IMG/VR virus record: IMGVR_UViG_3300028602_000007
Coordinates: 56,755 to 120,754 of that record
Length of the DNA: 64,000 bases
DNA from: a virus
Lineage: Duplodnaviria > Caudoviricetes
Strand: one strand, 5' to 3'
The number at the start of each line of letters is the position of its first letter. Position 1 is the stretch's first letter. Of this stretch, positions 1 to 8,854 are shown piece by piece. The notes under the pieces were generated by a model that was given only the letters and a program-made list of their open reading frames with translations, had not been told where the DNA came from and made no database searches. The translations under genes and the position numbers were made by a program.

Positions 1-1659
1 GATACGTGGATGCCTATTTTGGAAAGCTATGGAGCAAGCAAAGAGACTTTAAATGCTAGACCTTGGTTAGTTGACATAGCACATTATCATGCAATTTTTG
101 ATAATGCAGGCGCAGTTAACGAATCAACTGCACCTGGTTTATTTTATCAACAACCTGGTTCAGTTAGCAATATGGGTTCAATTAGTGCACCAACTAGCTC
201 AATGACTCCTTTTTCAGCATTCGGTGCTGGAACCGCAGCTAAAGCAAGTTATGCAAGTTCTGGATCTGGTGATAAATTCCCGAGTTTACTTCCTGTAGCT
301 ATTCAAGTTGCAGCTAAAACTATTGGTTTTGATATGGTTGGTGTAGTTCCTATGGACGCACCGGTTGGTTTCTTACCATATTTAGATTATGTATACCAAG
401 GTGGTAATACTGATCAAGAATACAATCCATTCGTAGTAAAAATTAATGGAGTTAAAGGTTCAACTGTTCTTACTACAGGAGGAACATTCTCTCAATTAAT
501 TAGTGGTGACACTGCTACTATTACAGTTGGTGGTGATGTATTAACATTATCTTTTATTGGTTTCTCAAGAGTTGACGGAACTGGTATGTGGAAAGTTATT
601 AGTGATTCATCAACTAGCGGAGAAAAATCATTAGCTGATTATATTACAACTGGTAGTGTTTTCACAACGGCAACAATTGCAGGAGCTGCATTAGTTAAAA
701 CTTATACACTTCTAGCAGCAAATACTCCATCATTAGTATCTGCATTAGAAAACCATATTTCTGGATTCACAACTTCATCTGATGCAAATTATGCAACTGA
801 TGCATGGGACGGACCATATCTTGGAACAACTGATTCTCAAATCGAAGGAATGAAGAGAGAAACAGCAGAAGTTTCTAAATTCCGTCAAATGGGTTTAAAA
901 ATGTTCACTAAGTTCGTTGAAGCTAAGGGCGACCAAGTATCTGTCTCAGCAACAGTTGAGCAGATCCAAGATCTTAATAGAGTTTGGAACTTTGACGTTA
1001 TTTCTATGTTAGAAAATGTTGCAGTTAACGAAGTGGCACAATCAATTAACAAAAAACTTGTTGATAGATGCTTTGCACTCGGAGCAATACATAAAACTAA
1101 CATTGATGCAATCGAAGGTAGTGGAATTACTACATTGGATTTAACAGTTGGTTCTGGATTCGAAAATGTTTCTACTCTACAACGTAGAGTTGTTACTAAG
1201 ATCTTAGAAATGGCTAACTTGATTTATCACAGAGGTCGTTTTGGAGCAGGTACGCATATCGTTACTAACGGTAGAGTAGCATCAGCTCTAGCAGACGTAT
1301 CTGGATATTCAATCGCACCATTTAATAATGATCTTCCATCAGGACCTGGACAATTATATCCAGCTGGTAAAGTTCACGGTTTAACAATTTATGTTGATCC
1401 TAACCTCAAATTTGGTGATAATAGAATTCATATTGGACGTAAAGGCGCAGATGAAGAACCAGGTATTAAATTCTTACCTTATATCATGGCAGAATCTCTA
1501 CAAACTATTTCCGAAGGTACATTCTCACCAAAAATTGGTTTAAAATCACGTTATGCTATTACTGAAGCAGGATGGCACCCAGAAACTCAGTACATCACAA
1601 TGACTGTTAATGGTCTTGGAGTACTTACTGGATCGGTTGCTCCTTCTACTGCGTATTAA
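1..1659 (+). CDS. Major capsid protein, T4 gp23-like (HK97 fold); probably 5'-truncated by the window edge
   Basis: Frame is open from base 1 (DTWMPILE, like the gp23 N-terminal KWxPIL motif). Contains VGVVPMDAPVG, TVEQIQDL, YVDP and FLPYI...TFSPKIGLKSRYA, which are gp23-family motifs. Confidence 0.93.
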   Translation, partial: DTWMPILESYGASKETLNARPWLVDIAHYHAIFDNAGAVNESTAPGLFYQQPGSVSNMGSISAPTSSMTPFSAFGAGTAAKASYASSGSGDKFPSLLPVAIQVAAKTIGFDMVGVVPMDAPVGFLPYLDYVYQGGNTDQEYNPFVVKINGVKGSTVLTTGGTFSQLISGDTATITVGGDVLTLSFIGFSRVDGTGMWKVISDSSTSGEKSLADYITTGSVFTTATIAGAALVKTYTLLAANTPSLVSALENHISGFTTSSDANYATDAWDGPYLGTTDSQIEGMKRETAEVSKFRQMGLKMFTKFVEAKGDQVSVSATVEQIQDLNRVWNFDVISMLENVAVNEVAQSINKKLVDRCFALGAIHKTNIDAIEGSGITTLDLTVGSGFENVSTLQRRVVTKILEMANLIYHRGRFGAGTHIVTNGRVASALADVSGYSIAPFNNDLPSGPGQLYPAGKVHGLTIYVDPNLKFGDNRIHIGRKGADEEPGIKFLPYIMAESLQTISEGTFSPKIGLKSRYAITEAGWHPETQYITMTVNGLGVLTGSVAPSTAY

Positions 1660-1684
1660 TATCTAACAAAATCTTAATTGATAT

Positions 1685-1713
1685 AAACTCCTAATTTATT
1701 AGGAGTTTTTTTT
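1685..1713 (+). terminator. Rho-independent terminator after the capsid gene
   Basis: AAACTCCTAA-TTTA-TTAGGAGTTT stem-loop followed by a T run. Confidence 0.85.
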
Positions 1714-1765
1714 GTATAATTAAGATATATAAAAATAAACCAATTTTAAGAGAAATCATAGCACT

Positions 1766-3460
1766 ATGGAAAAACAAATTAAAGAATTAAGAGAAACTTT
1801 AAAATATAAAAAAGAACATAAAATACGAATAATTAAAGAACTTAAAGAATTATCAATTAATCAACAATTAATTGATTATATCATGATTAAATATGATATA
1901 AAAGATTTAAATATTTCCCAACTATTATATGAAGTGTTAACTGATGGAACTAACTCTACTTGTGTTTGTGGAAGAAAAAAACAGTTCTATCGATATTCAT
2001 CAGGATATCACAAAACGTGTGGAAAAAAAGAATGCATAGACATAAGTAGAAATAAAAATTATAAAAAAACTATTAAAAATAAATATGGAGTAAACCATGC
2101 AACTCAACTAAAAACAACTAGAGATAAACAAAAACAAACAATGTTAAAAAAATATGGAGTCGATCATAATTCAAAAGGAGAATTAAGACAAAATTATACA
2201 AATACAATGTTAAAAAAATATGGAGTCGATTCGCCATTAAAAAATAAAGAAATATTAGAAAAAAGAAATAATACTGTTTTATCTAAATTTGGAACATTAG
2301 ATTTCATACAATCAAATAAAACAAAAGAAACTAATTTACAAAAATATGGATTTGAAAACGCAGCAAAAAATGAAAAAATTAAAGAAAAAATTAAAGAATC
2401 AAACACTAAAACCAGTATTAAAATCGCAGCAAAGAAATTACAAAAACACGATATCGAAATAATAAAGTATTATTCAGATTCTCAAAAATATGAACTACTT
2501 TGTAAAAAATGTGGAAATTCTTTAAGTTTACCAGGATGCTCAGTTAATACTAGATTAAGACAAAACGAATCGCCATGTTTGATTTGTAATCCATACGTTC
2601 CAGATAAATCAAGTTCAAATTTAGAAAAAGAAATTATTGCTTTTATTAAAGAAATATCAAACATACCAATTTTAACTAATTATAAACAAGCAATTAAAAA
2701 TATTGAATTTGATATTTATTTCCCTACTAAAAAAATTGCAATTGAAGTTAATGGAGTATATTGGCATTCTGAAATTTTTAAAGAAAAAAAATATCATTTT
2801 ACTAAATCACAATTAGCAATAAATAATGAAATTAAAGTATATCAAATATGGGAAGATGACTGGAATTTGAATAAAGAATTAATAAAAAATATGATTAGTA
2901 TTTGGTTAAATCATGACATTACAACTATTTATGCCAGAAATTGTAATATAAAAATAATTAATAATAAAACAGCAATAGACTTTTGTAATACTAATCATTT
3001 AAAACGTGGAAAATCGTCAACTATACAAATTGGATTATTTAATAAAACTGAATTAATTGGGGTTATGACATTTTTAAAAATAAAAAATATATGGCACTTA
3101 GATCGATTATGTTTTAAACAAAAAACTAAAGTGATTGGTGGAGCATCTAAGTTATTAAAATTTTTTATTAGAAACTACTCTCCCAATAAAATTTTAACAA
3201 AAGCCGATGTTGATTTAAGCCCAGATAAAAATAATAACGTTTATCAAAAATTAGGATTTAAAAATATTGGATGGACTCAGTCTTATAGTTGGGTAATAAA
3301 TGGAATTAGAGAAAACCGCCGTAAATTTACAAAAAAGAAATTAGTTAAACTTGGATATTCAACTAAACTTAGTGAATCTGAAATAATGAGTAATCTAAAA
3401 TATTATAGAACTTTCGAAAGTGGAAATTGGTCATATTGTTTAAACTCTACAAACTTATGA
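1766..3460 (+). CDS. Putative free-standing homing endonuclease (Zn ribbons, KKYGV repeats, Vsr/DUF559-like nuclease domain, C-terminal Hef-like/GNAT-like domain)
   Basis: CxC/CxxC motifs, repeated (K)KYGV units, EKEI...EFDIY...IAIEVNGVYWHS nuclease motif and IYARNC motif. Inserted directly downstream of the capsid gene. Confidence 0.7.
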   Translation: MEKQIKELRETLKYKKEHKIRIIKELKELSINQQLIDYIMIKYDIKDLNISQLLYEVLTDGTNSTCVCGRKKQFYRYSSGYHKTCGKKECIDISRNKNYKKTIKNKYGVNHATQLKTTRDKQKQTMLKKYGVDHNSKGELRQNYTNTMLKKYGVDSPLKNKEILEKRNNTVLSKFGTLDFIQSNKTKETNLQKYGFENAAKNEKIKEKIKESNTKTSIKIAAKKLQKHDIEIIKYYSDSQKYELLCKKCGNSLSLPGCSVNTRLRQNESPCLICNPYVPDKSSSNLEKEIIAFIKEISNIPILTNYKQAIKNIEFDIYFPTKKIAIEVNGVYWHSEIFKEKKYHFTKSQLAINNEIKVYQIWEDDWNLNKELIKNMISIWLNHDITTIYARNCNIKIINNKTAIDFCNTNHLKRGKSSTIQIGLFNKTELIGVMTFLKIKNIWHLDRLCFKQKTKVIGGASKLLKFFIRNYSPNKILTKADVDLSPDKNNNVYQKLGFKNIGWTQSYSWVINGIRENRRKFTKKKLVKLGYSTKLSESEIMSNLKYYRTFESGNWSYCLNSTNL

Positions 3461-3515
3461 AAACTTCCCTAATAAATAAAGATAGTTATTAATATTAAAA
3501 AAAAAGTAAATAAAC

Positions 3516-3938
3516 ATGGGTAAAAATGTTGTTATGTCATATGATGAATTTCTATTAGAAAAGAAAACTAATCAAGAACTAAGTAATTCTACTCCAAGCG
3601 GAAGTAAAATTTCTAATTCAGTAAATGACAATATGGCTAAACTGCCAGAGAAAAAAGGATCTACTCCAAATAAACGAACAGATTCTAATATGGCTAAAAT
3701 GCCAGAGAAAAAAGGAAGTATTCCTAAAAAAAGAGTAAATCAAGGTACAACGACTTTGCCTACTAAAAAAGGATCTGCTCTAACTAAAGTAATTAATCAA
3801 AATACCGCAGATCTTCCAAAAGGAGGAAGTTCATTAAGTAAAACAGTTGATCCAAAAATGGCAAAAATGCTAATTGGCAAAGTTACTCCAAATGCAGCAG
3901 TTAATAAAGCATATACTGGAATGAAAAATAAAAAATAA
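3516..3938 (+). CDS. Basic repeat protein, putative internal head protein
   Basis: N-terminal SYDEFLLE motif, then about 5 degenerate ~19-aa repeats (MAKLPEKKGS); Lys-rich. Confidence 0.55.
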   Translation: MGKNVVMSYDEFLLEKKTNQELSNSTPSGSKISNSVNDNMAKLPEKKGSTPNKRTDSNMAKMPEKKGSIPKKRVNQGTTTLPTKKGSALTKVINQNTADLPKGGSSLSKTVDPKMAKMLIGKVTPNAAVNKAYTGMKNKK

Positions 3939-3944
3939 GATTAA

Positions 3945-4463
3945 ATGACAAATCAATCTATAAAAGCATATGCTACATTTGAATCATTTGAACAAGATAT
4001 GAATTCAATTGATACAACTGGAACTGAAGTTGAACTAGATAGTCCAATTGAAAATCTTTATCAAGAAAATGTAGAAAATTTGCCAGATACGATAGAAGAT
4101 GCATATAGACAAGGATTAGAAGATATGCATAATTATATAGAAAATCGAGAATCTGAAATAATTGAAGAACCTGATCCAGAAGATCCATCCGGTCCCCCGG
4201 TTGTTAATGAAGAAAATTCATTAAAAGATTTGGTTGGAAAATCAGATGATGAAGAATTAGATTTAGATGACGCTAGATCTATTGGAAAGAAAATTTCTAA
4301 AATGAAAGGAGACGATCGAAAAAAGTATGTAGGAATTGTTAATTTCATGGGAGCATCTTGTCGAATATATAATGAAATTTGGGCAAATTATAAACCAGTT
4401 GATCCTTCTAAGAAAAAATCGAATAAAGGAAAAGAATTTAAAGGTAATAAAGATAGATATTAA
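3945..4463 (+). CDS. Hypothetical protein, possible head-associated
   Basis: Tightly packed ORF with an acidic N-half and basic C-half; ATFESFE and VVNE motifs. Confidence 0.6.
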   Translation: MTNQSIKAYATFESFEQDMNSIDTTGTEVELDSPIENLYQENVENLPDTIEDAYRQGLEDMHNYIENRESEIIEEPDPEDPSGPPVVNEENSLKDLVGKSDDEELDLDDARSIGKKISKMKGDDRKKYVGIVNFMGASCRIYNEIWANYKPVDPSKKKSNKGKEFKGNKDRY

Positions 4464-4466
4464 ATA

Positions 4467-4874
4467 ATGAAAAAACTTATATTTGATTATAATAGTTTTG
4501 TAAATGAAATGTTTAGGTCTGATTTAAAACCTAGAATTAAAAAAGATTTTATAGACCCTAATAAAGTTTATGATTATACTATCGGAAATGCAAAACTTGA
4601 TCAATTAGTTTCAAATTATAATTTTAAACCAGAAAATCAAAGAATTAATATTTTACCTAATGATACTGTTCGATTTTATATAACTGAACCTGGTAAATTT
4701 ACTCATATTAAAAATATAATAAAGAAAAAAATAAACGATGACATTAAAAAATATAAAATAGAAGATCCAAAAATCGAAATTTATTATAATGTCATTAATG
4801 GAATATCAGATAATCCAGAATTATCTCAAAAAGTTGAAATTGTTGGAGTATTAGCTGCAACTTTTATTGATTAA
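4467..4874 (+). CDS. Hypothetical protein with capsid-targeting-like N-terminus
   Basis: Begins MKKLIFDYNSFVNE. Confidence 0.6.
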   Translation: MKKLIFDYNSFVNEMFRSDLKPRIKKDFIDPNKVYDYTIGNAKLDQLVSNYNFKPENQRINILPNDTVRFYITEPGKFTHIKNIIKKKINDDIKKYKIEDPKIEIYYNVINGISDNPELSQKVEIVGVLAATFID

Positions 4875-4891
4875 TAAAATATAATAATATT

Positions 4892-5350
4892 ATGGAAAAA
4901 ACAATTATTACTGATTATAATACTTTTATAAAAGAAAGATATAATCGTTCAATTAATGAAAGCTTTGAAGCTGACAATATTGAAAATGACAATACCGAAA
5001 ACACAGAAGATCTTACAGATGATAATTTAAATAATGAAGAACAATCCGACTTTGATTATATTAGTAAAGAAGAATTAATCAAGAAAGCAGAAGAATCAGA
5101 AGAACCTATCATTATTGTAACAATTACCGAAGATGAGTTAGATGAATTTATAAATGAAGTAGACGATGAAATAAAAGATCGTTTTGAAATATTTAAATTT
5201 GGCGAACCTACTGAAAATGAGGAAGAAGCTAAAACTGAAAATGATTTAATGGCTGATAATATTGAAGATAGTAACGAAGAGCTTGAATATTCAAAAACTA
5301 TTCAAAGTCGATATGGTGCTAACGAATCTGATTTTAATAATGAAGATTAA
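4892..5350 (+). CDS. Acidic hypothetical protein with capsid-targeting-like N-terminus
   Basis: MEKTIITDYNTFIKE...SINE; very Asp/Glu-rich. Confidence 0.6.
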   Translation: MEKTIITDYNTFIKERYNRSINESFEADNIENDNTENTEDLTDDNLNNEEQSDFDYISKEELIKKAEESEEPIIIVTITEDELDEFINEVDDEIKDRFEIFKFGEPTENEEEAKTENDLMADNIEDSNEELEYSKTIQSRYGANESDFNNED

Positions 5351-5361
5351 TATAAAGAAAA

Positions 5362-6447
5362 ATGGTAGGTGACGGAATAATTGTAGAATCTAAGGTTAGT
5401 TTTAAAATAACTTGGGATAATCCAGGTAATAATAAACAGCCTATTTGGAATCAAAATAAGCAAGAAGTTATTATACACGAATCAGACATATATCCTGATT
5501 TAATGTATACTAATATGTTTGGTTTATCTACTTATTATAAATATACAAACATTGATAGCTTATTAAATTTAATAAAACGAATAAATTCATATATTGATAA
5601 TAAGATAGCTGTATCTGAAAATTCAAACAAGTCTATTAAGTCAATAGCAAATAAAGAATATCCAATAGCAAATAAGGAATATCCAATAGCAAATAAGGAA
5701 TATCCAATAGCAAATAAGGAATATCCAATAGCAAATAAGGAATATCCAATAGCAAATAAGGAATATCCAATAGCAAATAAGGAATATCCAATAGCTACAA
5801 AAACATCAAATGTTCCTAGCGTACAAAATAGAGGAGGTGTTCCTAGCGTACAAAATAGAGGAGGTGTTCCTAGCGTACAAAATAGAGGAGGTGTTCCTAG
5901 CGTACAAAATAGAGGAGGTGTTCCTAGCTTACCGAATCAATTGATTCATAAAGATGAGATAACTAATGAACCTCAGCCGATAAACTCGCCAGATGCATCA
6001 AATGAATTGTCTGAGTCTTCTAAATATAAAGTTATAGTGTATGGAAAAGAATTAAATTTTATTGATGCACAATCAAATAATGAAAGCATAGAAGTTAAAC
6101 ATTTTGTTTCTAAAAATTTATATCGTAAAATTAATAATGAAACTATTGATAATACTGAAAAAATTTGGATAGAAATAATAACTAAATCTAAAACTTATAA
6201 ATTTCAAATGTCTGAATTCGGACAAACAGAAGATGGTGTTAATCTATTAGTTGAAATATTACCAACAATACAATTAACGATTACACCAAATGAAAATAAT
6301 AATATTACTAAAAATACAGAAATTGATGACGATATATATTTTAATGAACTTTCAAAAATTAAAAATTCAGATATAGAAAAAGAAAGATATCGAAAATCAA
6401 AAGAAGAAACCGAAAAAATGGCAAAAATGGCAAAATCAATAAAATAA
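5362..6447 (+). CDS. Hypothetical protein with two in-frame tandem repeat arrays
   Basis: 361-aa ORF containing (IANKEYP)x7 and (VPSVQNRGG)x4. Confidence 0.7.
   Translation: MVGDGIIVESKVSFKITWDNPGNNKQPIWNQNKQEVIIHESDIYPDLMYTNMFGLSTYYKYTNIDSLLNLIKRINSYIDNKIAVSENSNKSIKSIANKEYPIANKEYPIANKEYPIANKEYPIANKEYPIANKEYPIANKEYPIATKTSNVPSVQNRGGVPSVQNRGGVPSVQNRGGVPSVQNRGGVPSLPNQLIHKDEITNEPQPINSPDASNELSESSKYKVIVYGKELNFIDAQSNNESIEVKHFVSKNLYRKINNETIDNTEKIWIEIITKSKTYKFQMSEFGQTEDGVNLLVEILPTIQLTITPNENNNITKNTEIDDDIYFNELSKIKNSDIEKERYRKSKEETEKMAKMAKSIK
5642..5795 (+). repeat. 21-bp tandem repeat, about 7.3 copies
   Basis: Unit CAATAGCAAATAAGGAATATC; copies are near-identical. Confidence 0.95.
5811..5928 (+). repeat. 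27-bp tandem repeat, about 4.4 copies
   Basis: Unit TGTTCCTAGCGTACAAAATAGAGGAGG; copies are identical. Confidence 0.95.
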
Positions 6448-6503
6448 GTAGCTATTAATAAAGTGCCAAGTTCTCTAATAAATAAATAAAAACATAATTA
6501 CAA

Positions 6504-7106
6504 ATGGCTGGTTTACCACATTTTAAAAATCATACAGCTGGTCCTGGAAGATATGAACCGATTTATTTAAATCAGTTCGAAGTAATAATTACTCCGCCTC
6601 CAGCAATTTCAGAAAAAATTGGATTTCAAAACAATCTTACATTAGAACATATTATTAAAGTTGGACCATTACCTGAACTTTCAGGAAATGCAGGCGGCCA
6701 ATTAGCAACACAAAAATATAAATTCGCTGACCGTGCGTATGCTGCAGCTCGTCCTGCTACAACATTATCTAAATTTAAAATAGATTTTTCTCTTAACCTT
6801 AATGAAGATAATGATAATTACATTTATAATGCATTTAGAGCTTGGTCTGATTTAATTTATAATCCAATGACTGGCGCACAAGGTTTAAAACGAGATTATG
6901 CAGGAAGTACAGCAAATCCAGCAATTGTTCAAGTAACAATATTTAATAGAGCAGGACTTATTTTTAGAGATTTTGTATTCAATCCAGTATTCTTAGATTC
7001 TGAAAAGTTCAATGAATGGTCACTAGATTATTCAGATGAAGGTATTGCAACATTATCTGTTCCATTTGTAGCAGATCGATATATTGAAACTCGAATTGGG
7101 CAATAA
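6504..7106 (+). CDS. Tail tube protein, T4 gp19-like
   Basis: 200 aa. EPIYLNQFEV, FRAWSDLIYNPMTG and LDYS motifs are typical of gp19-like tubes of large myoviruses; ATAAATA upstream. Confidence 0.8.
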   Translation: MAGLPHFKNHTAGPGRYEPIYLNQFEVIITPPPAISEKIGFQNNLTLEHIIKVGPLPELSGNAGGQLATQKYKFADRAYAAARPATTLSKFKIDFSLNLNEDNDNYIYNAFRAWSDLIYNPMTGAQGLKRDYAGSTANPAIVQVTIFNRAGLIFRDFVFNPVFLDSEKFNEWSLDYSDEGIATLSVPFVADRYIETRIGQ

Positions 7107-7123
7107 AATAATTTTTATTCAAA

Positions 7124-7819
7124 ATGGACATGTTTAATGTAAAAAGAAGAGATTTTCCAAAAACGTCAAACTTTACAGAAATTGACAAACCTCCATTTGG
7201 TGGTCCAAATGAAACTGAAAAATTTGATGGAAATACTAGAAAATCTTTAGATAAATATCAACGAAAAATAGAAAGAAATCATAAAACTGAAGGGCAATTA
7301 ACAAATCCACAAACTGGAGAAAAAATGTTTCAGCCAAATTATGATAGCGCATGGAATGCAATGTCTAAAGACAAAGTAAACAGAGATGCAAAAATAAAAC
7401 CAACAAAAATTATGAATGCAAAATCAACAGTTTTTACAGATAAAGTAAATGAAAAGGTTCAAATATTAACATTTGATAGATTTGTTAATGAAAATTTTGA
7501 AAATGAAGAAGAATTTCAACCTGAGTATATGCAAAATGAAGAAGAAGATCCTAATTTAGAAAATCAAATGGAAGAGCCTTTAGATACTGCATATGAAGTC
7601 GATGAAGAACAATTAGAGTCAGTTATTGAAGAATATGGTGATGACCTAAATGAAGTTATTGATAAAATTATAGAAGAATTAGAGATTGAAAAAGAAGAAG
7701 CTGTTGATTTAATTTGTGCAGCAATTGAAAAATTATGTAAATCTGAAGAAAATGACGAAGAATTACAAAATACGGAAGATGCTGAATTAAATAATGAAGA
7801 TAATTTAGAAATGAATTAA
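7124..7819 (+). CDS. Hypothetical protein with acidic C-terminus, possible head/scaffold-associated
   Basis: Internal ILTFDRFVNE motif followed by a Glu-rich region. Confidence 0.6.
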   Translation: MDMFNVKRRDFPKTSNFTEIDKPPFGGPNETEKFDGNTRKSLDKYQRKIERNHKTEGQLTNPQTGEKMFQPNYDSAWNAMSKDKVNRDAKIKPTKIMNAKSTVFTDKVNEKVQILTFDRFVNENFENEEEFQPEYMQNEEEDPNLENQMEEPLDTAYEVDEEQLESVIEEYGDDLNEVIDKIIEELEIEKEEAVDLICAAIEKLCKSEENDEELQNTEDAELNNEDNLEMN

Positions 7820-7834
7820 TACTTTAAATTTTTT

Positions 7835-7865
7835 AAAAAGGAGCAGGTATTCTGCTCCTTTTTTT
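7835..7865. terminator. Bidirectional intrinsic terminator between convergent operons
   Basis: A5-GGAGCAG-GTATT-CTGCTCC-T7. Confidence 0.9.
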
Positions 7866-7995
7866 ATTTTTGATAAACTTTAACTGATTTGACATACATA
7901 TTAGATTGAGTTGATCCATTAAATACTCGATTAATACTAACATTTGAATGTTTCTTTTTTAATAAGTAACGATAATATGATTTTAATTTTAACAT
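7864..7995 (-). CDS. Small basic protein (43 aa), not in the ORF track
   Basis: MLKLKSYYRYLLKKKHSNVSINRVFNGSTQSNMYVKSVKVYQK*. AAGGAGGT lies 5 nt upstream of the ATG, and the ORF fills the gap up to the terminator. Confidence 0.5.
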   Translation of the reverse strand: MLKLKSYYRYLLKKKHSNVSINRVFNGSTQSNMYVKSVKVYQK

Positions 7996-7998
7996 AAC

Positions 7999-8403
7999 TT
8001 ACCTCCTTGTATTTATAATTTTTATAGAATTTGGTATTGTTATAAATTCATCTTCTAAATCTAATAAATATGCATCAAAGCTAATAGTTAAATATGTAGC
8101 TTTTAAAAAATCTAAAGTATTTAAAATAGTATTAATAGATAGATTTGTATTTATGTAAATAATTCTTGTATATTTTCTACTTCTAACATTTATTGCCTTA
8201 TCTAAAATTTTTCGAATTTCATAATTTATTAAAAATGCCTGAATTTTATTAGGTATCATAATATTATGACCAAATTTATCTTTCATTACTTTATTTACAT
8301 TTAAAAAATAATCAGATTTGCTCTTTTTTCCAAAAGTATGTACAAAGTGTTTTTGTTCTTTAACAAAAAGAATATCTAATTCTCTTAATTTTTCATCAAT
8401 CAT
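7999..8403 (-). CDS. Hypothetical protein
   Basis: 134-aa ORF overlapping the dCMP deaminase stop. Confidence 0.6.
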   Translation of the reverse strand: MIDEKLRELDILFVKEQKHFVHTFGKKSKSDYFLNVNKVMKDKFGHNIMIPNKIQAFLINYEIRKILDKAINVRSRKYTRIIYINTNLSINTILNTLDFLKATYLTISFDAYLLDLEDEFITIPNSIKIINTRR

Positions 8404-8851
8404 CCATATCTATTTTTTTAAGTTCAACACCTGCCTTTCTTAAAAAATCTAATCCTGTTGTATTTCGGAATTCATTTTTATAAACAACACGCTTAATTCC
8501 AGATTGAAATATTAATTTACTACATTCTGGACATGGAGAATATGTTAAATATAAAGTAGATCCTTCACTATTTTGTGTAGATCTAGCTAATTTTAAAATT
8601 GCATTAGCTTCAGCATGTAAAACATACCATTTAGTTTGATACTTAATAAGAGTATTATCTTCTGAATATACAGGCTCTTCACATTCATTTTCAAAACCAC
8701 TAGGTGTTCCATTATATCCATCTGATATAATTGCACCATCTTTAACAATTAAAGCACCAACTTTTAAACGTTTAGCATATGATAGAGTTGACCAAGTTTC
8801 GGTCATTTTCATATATACTTTATCTAATTTATTTTGCTTGTCTATATTCAT
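8396..8851 (-). CDS. dCMP deaminase
   Basis: HAEANA and SPCPECSK zinc-binding motifs; GYNGTPSG. Confidence 0.95.
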   Translation of the reverse strand: MNIDKQNKLDKVYMKMTETWSTLSYAKRLKVGALIVKDGAIISDGYNGTPSGFENECEEPVYSEDNTLIKYQTKWYVLHAEANAILKLARSTQNSEGSTLYLTYSPCPECSKLIFQSGIKRVVYKNEFRNTTGLDFLRKAGVELKKIDMDD

Positions 8852-8854
8852 TTA

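Noticed and set aside
5642-5928. Possible CRISPR array
   Set aside because: The repeats are directly tandem with no unique spacers and lie in frame within a CDS; no cas genes seen.
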